Below, one piece after another: positions 39,839 through 52,616 of a stretch of DNA of 64,000 nucleotides. Each line of letters begins with the position of its first letter. The first letter of the stretch is position 1. Made by a program: the position numbers and the translations under genes. The notes beneath the pieces are model-generated. The model did not search any database. It was not told the origin of the DNA and saw only the letters and a program-made list of their open reading frames with translations. The stretch covers positions 102,052,001 through 102,116,000 of the forward strand of contig NC_042998.1 in NCBI RefSeq assembly GCF_006345805.1, written 5' to 3'. The stretch is from Octopus sinensis. Taxonomy: Eukaryota.

Positions 39839-42800
39839 TCTACCTCCGGTAATTGAGTACTATTTTCCCACCTTGTTTCGCATTTATGTGCTTACTTTGG
39901 TATATTTATGTTGATATATATTTATGTGTGTGTATTTACTCACGCACATATATATATATACACGAAGAGGTATGTATGTGGGTGTGTGGATGTATATTTA
40001 TGTATATGTATTGTGTATATGTGCAAATCAATCTAACAAAAGAATCAGTATTTTTTGGTGAGCCTGTACTTTTTCACCGTTACCTGTTAATGTATCAGTT
40101 TTATGGCAATCTTGCCAGCTATTTTGCATAGAGTTTGAACATTTAAACATGTATTGTGAATGTATTTTATCTAAAAAAAAAACAACAGAGAATGCATTGG
40201 TAATATTTGCGGTATTTATTACCGCGAAAAATCAAATCGATCTGGCGTGTAAAGCAAATTATTCTGCAGCATTTGTTTCTGTATGATATTTATATCGATT
40301 CTTTATGTGTGAAATGGAAAAAAAGTTTAGTTCAATAAAAGTTCAAAGTACAAATCATGATAGATAAGCATTAGAGAGCAACACATTGCCAATTCTAAGA
40401 TTTTATGAAACCAGGTTAGTGGGTAGAACAGGTCAGACATATTATTAAATATCTCGCAACCCAGGAAGCTCAATGTAGTCATTTGCCTCTGTAGAAAAAG
40501 CAGATAAATCTCTTCCAATCAACGCCCGTACAGGCTTAAAAAATATGAAACACCTTGGGCATAAAATGCTGGGCGATTGCGGCTGGAATGCTATTATCAA
40601 AGAATGCAAGAATAATTCAATCATACGCAGCTCTAGTTGCACAAGCGTATGATTAATCCAACAGTAGTAGTTAAATAACTTAGCGGATTTTCAGTTTGAT
40701 CTACAGTATTGACTTGGATAAAAAAATACCTCCTATATTATAGCAACAGTGTATTTAGGTTCTGTATTTTGGAACAACTCTATGCTAAAATAAAGCCTGG
40801 TTTTGCCTTGATTTTCACCTTTTTGTAACAATAAAATCAGATGTTACACGCTTGATGGATTTAATCTTCTATGCATCTTCCCCGAAATGTTTCGCCTCGT
40901 AGCAAAGTGATAAATCAATATTAATTTAATTTTCTGCTGCGAAAATATAAAAACCTGCTACGTACAGAATTATCCTATGTGTCCCTAAGAAAATAATACT
41001 TTGTATCTTTAAGGAACAATTAATTGGAATGGAAAGTTGTCACGATGATGATATTTAGAGCTGTAACACCACAAGGGGATAGTAAAATCTTACTATAGAA
41101 TTCCATTGTATTCGGTGAATTCTGTCAACCAGAAGATTACAGTTTATACAAGGATCTTCGTTACAATCGTTTGTGATGTAAAGATAATCCCTCTTCTTAT
41201 TAATATGACATATCATAATTGTTAGAAGATACAGAAGCTCAAAGACGAGTCTAAAACTAAATAAATGGATAAGAATTGTGCGAAACTTCTTAGCATCTTT
41301 CTGGGGTCTTATAGAGGCCAGCAACAATACAATCTCTTTATACTGAAACATTTGAAATCAGAATTGGTGAAATCTAAAATTCACTTCGCAAGACGAGGCG
41401 TAAAGGAAATTGCTGCAATTACGTTCTGATTGCAATCGCTTTTAACATTTCTTTTCCAATGAGATGAAAACAGTAGTGCATCATGTACATATTTAACGCT
41501 GTTTTCTTTCAGTTCTTAATGACATATTCAATCTAAATAGAGGCATTGACACTAAGACGGTCTCTACTGAGTCAATCAACTCACAAGTCATATTAACCAT
41601 CTCCCAAATGATAACATACACCATATTGAGCAATGAAGGTGTGGATGTATATAACCATGGTGTAGCCCCAGCGTAAATCGATTTGCCAAGAGAACTTACT
41701 AAGAAAAGATTGAGCTGCACTTAAACAATAATAATTAAACAACGAATAACGCAAGAAAAATGTTGGATCAAGAACCAGCAAAAGAAAAGTGTTGGGCCAA
41801 AAATAATTATTTCAGTGTGCACAAAAGGGCTCTCTCTTCCTCTCTTTCATTCTGTCTCTCTCTGCCAGGACATATCGTATAAACTATTTTTCACTTGTAG
41901 ATGATAACAAATGGTCGTCCATTGTACATACAGGAAAGTTAATTTTCATACAGCGCAGTTCTGTTCTGTCACTTCTCCTAAAATTTTTCTACAATGTTGT
42001 AATCGAAATAAAAGCTATCCATTACATGCATTACTTACGTAGGAGACGCGACACTGATGTATAACAGCTGTACAGTAAAATAGCTACACTTATCGGTGCA
42101 GTTCACTCAAGTGAAGCCGTCAAATATATAATAAATTCATTTAATCTATTACATCAATCTAGTTTACGATATTGCGAAATATACATCATAATATCTGACT
42201 ACGTTTTAAGAATCAGAAAAATAATTTGATATTTAGTGATGTTCAGCGACTCATACATATCGTGTAAAGTTGGGGTGTGACTGGGACTGGGCTTGTGTAC
42301 ATATGTGGCATGTTTCTATTACTACATAGAATTATTTCAGATAAGTAAATACCGACTGGCTGCTTGGAACGGCCCACACAGTAACAAACATTCTTTTCTG
42401 TTTACAATGTTTACTTCATTACTTTCAGAACATTTTCTTCTTTCAGTTATCGTACTACCTGATATACTCTGCTTATATACTGCCTGTATTTTTGCAATTC
42501 TTGTATATTACTCCTAACCCTACTCGTAGCTCTTTGCGCACACAACTTTCAGTCAGGAGGCTTCTTTTCTTTTCTTTTGTTTTTGTTTTTTGTTTTTGTT
42601 CCGAAATATTCACAATTTATAGAAGTTCAAGCAGAAAACCTACTGAAACTTCACTAATATTAGAAAGTTCATAAATAGCAGATCATTATCTGTGATAACA
42701 CCAGCTGCGTGTATGTGACATACCTTCGAAGGATCACAAGGGTCATGTGATAAGATATTCCCGTTTAGAATCGGATCTGAAGAAAACATTATTTGCATGA

Positions 42801-43978
42801 TAAAGTTTTTTTTAAATAATGTGAGAATATATCATGCACCATTGAACATATAAAGTTAAAACATATGCGTCGATGCTGAGATGAAGATTTAGTCAATCGG
42901 ACTGTTTTATAACTTATAGCAACGGATATGTGAAAACAATGCATCAGGTTTCATCTGCCACTTAACAGTAGATTAAAAAGCCGTTATACATAGCGATATT
43001 AAGCTGTTAGACATAATTATATAATCGGTAATTATATAAATGACATATATTGAATCGCTCAGTTATAGAAAGAAGATGCCTTTGGTTTCATTCGTGGGCT
43101 GCACCTCAAGTCCAAGGAATGTAGAAAGGTATTTACAATCCTTATTAATGAACGGCTTGGAACATTTTGGCCAGTTATAAATATGTTGCACTCGTATATA
43201 CGTCGTTTTGGTCCCTCAGAGGTTAACATATAGAATTTGCTAAAAGCTCAAAGCTATAACTTCTTTTGTGTAATGATGATGTGCAGTGTTTGGGGCATTA
43301 ATACAAACAAAATTTCCTTGTGTCATAATACTTTGAATGTTTTAGAAACCATAATGTTTGGTTTTTAAAATATTTATATAAGTTTTTTAATGAACATCAT
43401 CTAGGTGTTGCTGCACTGAAGAATAGTTGTCCTTATACTCTTCACGACACTGAAGTTGTAAAAATTAAATATGTTGTTTTTAATCACTGTAAAAAAAATT
43501 CAACTTTGCAAAACACTGTGTAGATTTAGTTTTATATACATTTTCCCATAAATTCGGAAATAGTGAATCACGGATTTTCTCAGGATATTTTCAACCAGAT
43601 ACTTCAATTTACATGACATCATGTCGCAAGGGTGATGTCGGCAGGCTTGATAAAAAACTTGTCCGATTATAAGCACCACAGGGATAATTCGCGCCCTTAG
43701 GTAATACCTTTCATAGAATTTATTTTTATAATTTTGTCTGTTGGATAATTTCTTCTAGTACATGGATTGCAAATTTTATATCGATCCCTTTCTAATTTAA
43801 GCTTCTATTGTAAACAAGAAAGCTAAGACTATAGTTCATACTATTATTGTATTTTATCATTGAAGATACACATTAAATTAATATTTAAAAAATCATATTA
43901 CCAAAATATTGCAGAATATTTTCAGAATTTAATACTGATGGTCATATTATAATGTATAACAAATACACACACACACAC

Positions 43979-44041
<63 letters not shown>

Positions 44042-46085
44042 ATATATATATATATCTATATATATATATATGGCGAAATTCTTATGAAGTATTAGAATGG
44101 TTTAACTCTCTAGCTAACACTAGTAGTATCTCTTTTATTCAGTTTGATATTAATAATTATTATTCTAGTATTTCCCCCATTTTGGTAAATAAATCGCTCA
44201 TTTTTACCATGAATTGCTCCCTCATATCTAGAGATGAAATCGATATAGTACTATTAGCTAGAAAAACTATTATAGAATTTGAAGGTAAATTATGAACCAG
44301 AGCAGATACCCCTAATAATTTCGATATACCCATGAGTTCTAGTGATTCGGTTGAGATAACTAATTTGGTGGGGACATATCTATTAAAGGGCATAAAAAGG
44401 GAAATCCCTGAATTACAAGAGGTCTATATAGGGATGATGCTCTGTTTGTTATTCCTAATAATAATAAATCTAGCATTGAATGGATTAGAAAGAAAATTAA
44501 CAAGTTCTTTAAAGATTTTAACCTTAGCATAACTTATGAACCTGGCACTAAGATAGTCAATTTCCTGGATATTACATTAGACCTTAACTCTAAGCTGCAT
44601 TACCCATTTACAAAGGAAGGTGAAATCACTAGATACGTAAATAAATTATCTAATCATCCCCCAAATATAATAAAATCTTTGGCTAGAAATATTTCCCTAA
44701 GAATTTCCAAACTATCATCTAATAATGATATATTTAACTTTCACTCTAAACACTATAATACAGCATTATCTAAAGCAGGATATAACCAGGAGATTACCTT
44801 TCTTGATAAGGATAGCTTGCATATTCCTAATAATGATGGGAACATTAACTACATAAACATGAATATAGATCATGCCCATAATAAAAATAATAATAGATTT
44901 ATGGTGACAAAGAATCCAGTGTGCAAACCTAATCATAAAGATAAAAATATTGACCAGGGCATAAGTACCTTTGATAAGGCTATTCTGGATAAATCTAAAA
45001 AGCATAAAAATAAAAGTAATATGATTAATAATTTTCGTGGGATCAATAATAATTCAACTAACCCTAACTCTAATTTAAGAAAATATAATAAAGAAAATAT
45101 AATATGGTTGAATTTTCCTTTCAACTGGGCGATCTTATCGGATATATATGGCAGATTCTATTCAATACTAGAAAAAATTTTCCAGCCTCTCATAGATATC
45201 ATAGAATAATTTCTAAGAGAACGGTTAGGATTTCAACCCTCCCAAATATGTCCACTATAATAGCTAGAATTAATAATAAAAACATTAAGTCAGCCAGGAG
45301 TAATAAGTCTGATATCAACAGGAATACCAACAACGATTATAATGATAGAATCATAAATAAAAATAATAACAATAATAATAATTATCAAAATAAGAGCAGT
45401 ATCAACAGCAAGGATATAACTAATATTAATAGGAGTAATAATAATGATAATAATACGGGCAATACAAATAGAAATAATATCAGTAATGAAGATAATAATT
45501 ATATCTATAACAGTAATAAGCATTCAGATACAAATATAAGCAATAATAATAACAATACCAATAACGTGGGTAATTGTGATATCGCTATGGCAGATCTAAA
45601 TGATAGTGTAAACGGACCGACAAATAGTAGCCCAACTTCAGATAATAGTATTACCTATAATAACGAAAATAATACTCATAATAATTTGAATAACAGCAAT
45701 ATGACAGATCTATCCTTAAACAATTCTAGATTTGAAAATTATCCCCATTGCTGAAATTGTAGGATTAAGTCAAAATGTCCGGCATCTGGTCGGTGTGGGG
45801 TCCATAATGTAATCTATAACTGTACTATAACAACTTCGAATAGTAATTTTTTTTATTTAGGCTGTACGATAAATTTTAAGCAAAGAGTTAGCAATCATCT
45901 CTCCTTTTTTAAGTTAGATCATAAAGCTGGTTCCACCACACTTTCCAGTAAAATTTGGGAGCTCAAAACTAATAATATTAAATATAACCTCAAATGGGAA
46001 ATAGTTAGTAAGGTAGCGCCTTATAGAAATAACAGGGTGGGTTGTCAGCTTTGTTCCATGGAGACATATGAGATTCTAAAGCATA

Positions 46086-47241
46086 CGAGGGGCGTTCAAT
46101 AAGTAATGCCTCTGGCCCACTTGCCGTTGTTTAATCTAGCTGAAATTTTGCATGTGCAATTATTTATATCTCTATAGAGTAAGTGGCAAATTACAGCTCT
46201 GAACTAATTGTGGTTTCCGATTTACAGGTGTTTGAACTGAGTCAAGTGGGAAATGGAGCCTGGTGAGTGTCGAGCAGTGATCCGGTTTTTGTATTTGAAA
46301 GGACGCACACCACGGGAGACTTTTGATGAAATGAAAGTAACTTATGGTGATGATGCCCCATCATATGACCTTGTAAAAAGCTGGCATCGTGAATTCAAAC
46401 ATGGTCGGAACTCTGTGGAAACAGCTCCCAGATATGGTCGCCCCCCTTCTGCCATTGATGAGGCATCTGTCTGTCAAGTTGAGGCTGCCATTTTGGAAGA
46501 TCGACGCATAACTATTCGCCAAATAGCCCATGAGGTCAAGATTAGTACCGGGTCTGTGGAAACTATCATTCATGACTATTTGCATATGCAAAAGGTGTCT
46601 GCCAGATGGATTCCCAGGTTTCTCACACATTTCCAGAAGCAAGAACGCGTCGATTGCTCGAGGATGAATTTGGAGATGTGCCAAGAAGATGAGTCAAAAT
46701 TTTTCAAAAGACTGATCACACAGGATAAAACCTGGGTCCATCACTATGATCCATAGACCAAAGCCCACTCAATGCAGTGGAAGCACCGTGACTCACCTCC
46801 TCCAAAGAAGGCAAGGGTGCAGCCCACCGCTGGCAAGGTCATGCTTACAAAGGGTGCCACAATTACAGGAGTCTATTATGCTTCACTTTTGAGGAAATTA
46901 AGAGAAGCTATCAAAATCAAGAGGCGGGGCAAGATCAGCAAAGGCATCCTCCTCCTGCAGGACAACGCTCCGATCCACAACTCGCGTGTCGCCAGATCAG
47001 AAGCACAGGCGTATGGCTATGAACTCATCCCCCATCCCCCCTACTCTCCTGACCTTGCACCCTCTGATTTTCACCTCTTCCCAGCCATGAGGTTGATTTT
47101 GAAAGGAAAGCTTTTCCCAGATGATGCAGCCTTGATTTCTGAAGTCACGTCGTGGTTGGAGGACCAAGCTGGGGTCTTCTACAAAAACGCTCTACTGCTA
47201 TGGGAAGTGGGTCAGGGGCATTACTTATTGAACGCCCCTCG
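46086..47241 (+). mobile_element. Mariner DD34D transposon (irritans-like), defective
   Basis: ~37-bp TIRs starting CGAGGGGCGTTCAATAAGTAATGCC, with TA duplicated at 46084-85 and 47242-43. Confidence 0.95.
46253..47190 (+). pseudogene. Mariner transposase pseudogene
   Basis: HTH N-terminus, 'ARWIPR', 'TQDKTW', 'QDNAP' and 'HPPYSPDLAPSDFHLF'. Stop at 46754-56, internal deletion after 'GKVML', truncated C-terminus. Confidence 0.93.
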
Positions 47242-48246
47242 TAGAAGAGATAAAAATCTAGTAAATAACCGTATAGAATTATGTGTCTCTTGTATTCACT
47301 CAAAAATCAAAACTCTAAAATATTTTAAATAGAAATAAATAGAAATTTAAAGGTTCTCCCACTGCTGTTCTTTCTAACTGTACCTTTTTATATAAAAAAT
47401 AAATAGTATTTGTACTATGCTAACTTTTAATTGACTTTATAGTCAATTCAATTAACGTTACTTAAATCATATAAATTTGCTAAACTTTCTTAATTCTATT
47501 CTAAATTTAATATGTAATACTATTCTCTTAAGGATACATTTAATTTCCACTATATTTTTGAATAAGTAAAATCCCCCTACTAACTGCTATTGATTTTATT
47601 TGACCTCTAGATGTTGACCTAAATTCTTTCTTACAATATATAAACAAAAGTTAAAATAGAAACAATAAAAATAAATAATCCTCTTTTCTTGTCTTATCCT
47701 TAACTTTCTTACTGTATCTTCCTCTACTGATAACCTTTGACCCCTATAATGCTTTCCTTTGATCTCTGAGAGGCTCCAAGTTCAGAGCCGGTGGTCAAAC
47801 TTACCGTTCTTTTATAAATTCAAGATTCCTTCAACATTGACCTAGATTTTCTGTCACCACAGAAACAGACTAATCTTTGTCTGTGGCACCCTTATTCCCT
47901 CTTACTCCCCCACTTCTTTCCTCCCACAAGGTCCTTTACTTGGCTAAACCTACGTCGCTATATTCCTTACTACTACTAAATTCCGTTTGCAACAGTTAGA
48001 TGTGAACTGAACCAGTGTGTTAACAACACCTTTCCTCATGTTTCCCGGAATTTATATCAACACCTTTATGGTTGGATTTACCTTCTCTGAGAATTTAATA
48101 ATCTTTTTTAAAATATTTTAAAAAACTGTGCATTGTTGTAAAACATATAAAGTCTGCTTATTACCTTACTTCGAATTCATAGAACTCACTCTGAATACTT
48201 CATAAGGATATTTACACTTTCTAGGATGGTTGGAAAACATATATGT

Positions 48247-48338
48247 GATTTGGCTGAGGAATACTTGACATTATATTTGCTGTAATATTTGCAGCTTTAA
48301 ATAAAAATGTTCTCAGTATGAAACAATTGTACCGAATT
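48247..48338 (+). ncRNA. Type I hammerhead ribozyme in the PLE pseudo-LTR
   Basis: gatttgg-CTGAGGA-atact...agtat-GAAAC-aatt-GTA-ccgaatt. 7-bp stem I (with G-U pairs); palindromic ACAATTGT stem III. Confidence 0.88.
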
Positions 48339-48510
48339 ACTGATCCAATCTTGTTACTTTTTTCTTGGTTATAATCACCCCATATATTTTTACGGTTAAT
48401 ACCATATAGAATTCTGGCGCATCTAAGTTAAGTACCATATTCATTTGAATTCATTTGAATTCATTTGAATCTTAATTGTTTTGCTGAAATTATATATATA
48501 AATATATATA

Positions 48511-48553
<43 letters not shown>

Positions 48554-49719
48554 ATATGTGTGTGGGGGTGTATACTATTCAATATACCCAGCTTACAAAT
48601 GTGCTGCTAATAGTTTCATGTTTTAGGGAAATAATATATTGGCTAGATTATATAACAAGCAATATTTGAGACTCAGTTGCATCGTCTGATGTATTTAAAA
48701 AACCTACCTCATGTTTTTTTAAAAGATGAAAAAACACGAAAAAAATGTGAAGAAAGTACATGCAAAAAGTGGAACGATTAGAAAGAAAAAAAAGGAAAGA
48801 AATGATAAAAAGTTCCTCAAATTCTCTTTCTTAGCTAAAGCAAAACTTAAATTAATGAAGTCATAATTCTGCGAAATTGAAAATAAAATAAAAAATGAAA
48901 ATATTTTGGCTTACATGGACGGTTAAATATTGACCACTCCCTGTAAAGCCCCAAATATTGACCATTCAACCTCATATGTAACATGCATAATTTTCTGGTG
49001 ATTTGTCACCAAATGAAATGATGGATAATACAAATTTCAAAATGTTATAAAATAACGAGTCAACAGAATGCACAAATGAGTGATCAACCAAAGAATGTAT
49101 TCGATATACTATCCTATTATATACGATCACGTATTATATTGACAATAAGTTTATATGATTATGAGTAATATTAGGTAAGGTTATAAATTTACAATACTCA
49201 AAATTTAGCTTTTTTCGTATCTCATTGTGTATTTACAAATTAATATTAATGCTAACATTTAGAAATATAAAAACAAGTACAGTAAATTAAGTGAAAGTAA
49301 AATAAATTAAAGGAAATTAAATGGAATATTTAGAACTGTTTAAATGTCAATTACTTACATGTATAATATATGTTGCATAAAATGTACTGAGATTAGAATC
49401 ACGAAAGAAGAATGTTACCAAAATGTGTCAATGTTTCACTAATAAGAATATAGTTTTAATATCAACTAATTTTAAATTGCTACAAAAATTATAATTTTAC
49501 TTATTTTAACTTTGTACACACAAAGAAAATAAATTCACAAACTTTACGTATAGATAACTAAAAGAAACTTCTCGTCTATATATTTGTATATGTAATCATT
49601 AATATTAATAATGGTTTCAAAATTTGGCACAAAGCCAATAATATTGGGGGAGTAAGAAAACAGATTATATCAACCCTAGTGCATCAAAGGTAGAGTAAAC
49701 ATAGTTTCATTTAAATTCA

Positions 49720-49748
49720 ATAATGATGATGGTAATAATAATAACAAT

Positions 49749-49813
<65 letters not shown>

Positions 49814-49836
49814 TGATGATAATATTAATAATAACG

Positions 49837-49908
<72 letters not shown>

Positions 49909-49912
49909 TAAT
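49720..49912. repeat. (TAA)n microsatellite (Dong target)
   Basis: Directly visible. Confidence 0.95.
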
Positions 49913-51868
49913 AAATGGCAAACAGTGCTACAGCTCCAAACAAAAGAGGGACTCATGAAAACCAAAGACATCCCCATTAGGAGAGGAATATTCCAGGGAG
50001 ACACGCTCTCTCCACTCCTTTTCTGCTTGGCACTGTCACCTCTATCTGATATGCTAAATACAACTGGATGCGGATATAAATGTTACGGCAAAACGATCAG
50101 CCACCTTTTATATATGGATGACATAAAACTATACGCTGCAAATGACAAACAGCTGGAAACACTATTAAAGACAGTTCATGGATTTACCAAAGAAATAGAG
50201 ATGAAATTTGGATTAGAAAAATGCGCCAAAGTAACCCTGAAAAGAGGAAAACTAGTTAAGAGTAGCAACATCACACTAGATAAAACCAATGAAATAAAAG
50301 AACTAGGCCAAAGCCAACCTTACAAATACTTAGGAATCCATGAACTAGATAAGACACAAAACACACAAATGAAAGAGAAAATAAAAAACATTATTATAGA
50401 CGAGTTAGATCAATACTAAAAATAGAGGTCAATGCTAAAAACAAGATAATAGGTATTAACACTTTAGCTGTCCCAGTTATAAGTTACAGCTACAATATCC
50501 TTAACTGGACACTAAATGAACTGACCAAAATAGATAGGAAAACAAGAAAAATAATGACAGGATCTAGGATGCATCACCCAAAATCTGACATAGAAAGACT
50601 ATATATACAACGTATAGAAGGTGGTAGAGGCCTTATACAGCTGGAAAACTACTATAAAATAACCACCATAGGACTGCAAAAATATCTACTTCAGAAGGAA
50701 GGAAAACTGATACAAATAGCGGCAAAACACGAGCAAAACAAAACAAATGTTCTCAGTATTTAAGGAAGCTGACAAATACAAACAAGAAATCATACCACCT
50801 AATAAAAATGAAGAAGAAGAAGAAGAAGAAGAAGAAGAAGAAGAAGAAGAAGAAGAAGAAGAAGAAGAAGAAGAAGATGAAGAAAAAGAAAAAGAAGAAG
50901 AAGAAGAAGATGAAGAAGAAGAAAAAGAAGAAGAAGAAGAAGATGAAGAAACATCAAAAGCTATAAAACAAATGAAATCCAAACTAAAAATAGAACAGCA
51001 ACGAACCATGATAAAACGATGGCAAGAAATGGTGAATACTGGACTAAACTAAACGCAAAAGAAATAGACAAAGAAAAATCCCAGCAATTGTTGAGAAGCT
51101 CAGGACTCAACGCAGAGACAGAGGGATTTTTATTTGCAGCGCAAGGCCAAAGCCTCCCCATCAGAAATTACCAAAAACATGTAATGAAAGGAAATATAAC
51201 AAGTAACTGCAGAATATGTGGAGATGGACAAGAAACAATAAATCATATTATCTCTGGCTGCCCAGTCCTGGCTAAGAAGGAATATATTCACAGACATGAC
51301 AGAGTTGGAACCTACATACACTGGAATCTATGCCAACATTATGGAATAATAACAGAAAAAGATGGTATAGGCACACACCAGAAAAGGTCACAGAAAACGA
51401 GAAGCAACCATACTCTGGGATATGCCGATACACACAGATAGAAAAATTTAGGCTAACAAAAGAGATATAGTTGTCAGAGATCATGAAGAAAAAAATGCTT
51501 TCTAATTGATGCATCAATACCGGCAGATGACAACGTGTCTCTAAAAGAACTGGAGAAACTTTCAAAATACAAAGACCTGGAAATAGAGGTAAGCAGAATG
51601 TGGAATCTAAAAACAGAAACAATTCCTATCATAGTAGGTGCATTAGGCATGATAAAAAAATATTCAGACAAATACATAACAAAAACACCAGGACTTTCAA
51701 ACACATATAACATACAGAAAATTGCACTACTAGGCACTGCACACGTCCTACGCAAAACACTTTCCATACAATAACCATCAGAGCATCACAAATCACAGCA
51801 CATACCTAAGGCACACAGAGCTGCGCTCGGTAGTGAGGTGAAAGCACGCTATAAAACTAAAACTACTG
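49913..51868 (+). mobile_element. 5'-truncated R4/Dong non-LTR retrotransposon (RT, CCHC knuckle, REL endonuclease, 3' UTR)
   Basis: 'RGIFQGDTLSPLLFC', 'HLLYMDDIKLY', 'CRICG...ETINHIISGC', 'YIHRHD', 'RDIVV...LIDASIP...KELEKLSKYKDL' and 'IPIIVGALG'. Flanked by (TAA)n. Several frameshifts. Confidence 0.93.
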
Positions 51869-52616
51869 AATAATAATAATAATAATGATAATAATAATAA
51901 TAATAATGATAACAACAATGAAAGGAAACAGGTGGAGCCTCATAGGCTGATTGATAATGATGCATCTAATAATGGCGTCACAATATAATCACTGGTAATT
52001 GTGCAAGCTGATAATCGCAACCTCATATAAGTGACAATGAAAAAACAAAACATTGTAAATAACGGTGGGAATGAAACTGAAGCCAACAATGATGACAGTG
52101 GTACACCCTGTTGGCTCAGTGATTCTGCTCTGGTTCCAGTTTGACGATATTCAGACAAATACATAACAAAAACACCAGGACTTTCAAACACATATAACAT
52201 ACAGAAAATTGCACTACTAGGCACTGCACACATCCTACGCAAAACACTTTCCATACAATAACCATCAGAGCATCACAAATCACAGCACATACCTAAGGCA
52301 CACAGAGCTGCGCTCGGTAGTGAAGTGAAAGCACGCTATAAAACTAAAACTACTGAATAATAATAATAATAATGATAACAACAATGAAAGGAAACAGGTG
52401 GAGCCTCATAGGCTGATTGATAATGATGCATCTAATAATGGCGTCACAATATAATCACTGGTAATTGTGCAAGCTGATAATCGCAACCTCATATAAGTGA
52501 CAATGAAAAAACAAAACATTGTAAATAACGGTGGGAATGAAACTGAAGCCAACAATGATGACAGTGGTACACCCGGTTGGCTCAGTGATTCTGCTCTGGT
52601 TCCAGTTTGACGATAT
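51660..52616. repeat. Tandem duplication of ~487/466 bp spanning the junction of two R4 elements
   Basis: ATATTCAGACAAATAC...CCAGTTTGACG starts at both 51660 and 52147. Copies differ by a few substitutions and by (TAA)n length. Confidence 0.95.

Larger units (their letters stand above)
44072..48490 (+). mobile_element. 5'-truncated Naiad-type Penelope-like element (RT + zinc finger + GIY-YIG + long pseudo-LTR), interrupted by a mariner
   Basis: RT motifs 'FIQFDINNYYSSIS', 'NFDIPMSSSDSVEITNLVG', 'GLYRDD', 'VNFLDITLDL', 'SNHPPNIIK'. Then 'IIWLNFPF', '*NCR...CPASGRC', 'VIYNC...YLGCT..FKQRVSNH', 'CQLCSME'. Frameshifts present. HHR in the 3' region; (TA)n flanks. Confidence 0.92.

Noticed and set aside
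40300-41800. Coding-like stretch as a gene or transposase relic
   Set aside because: No motif I could identify in any frame; needs BLASTX.
47332-48240. SECIS element for the Naiad TGA
   Set aside because: No clear ATGA...AA...GA kink-turn hairpin found by eye; left open for SECISearch3.
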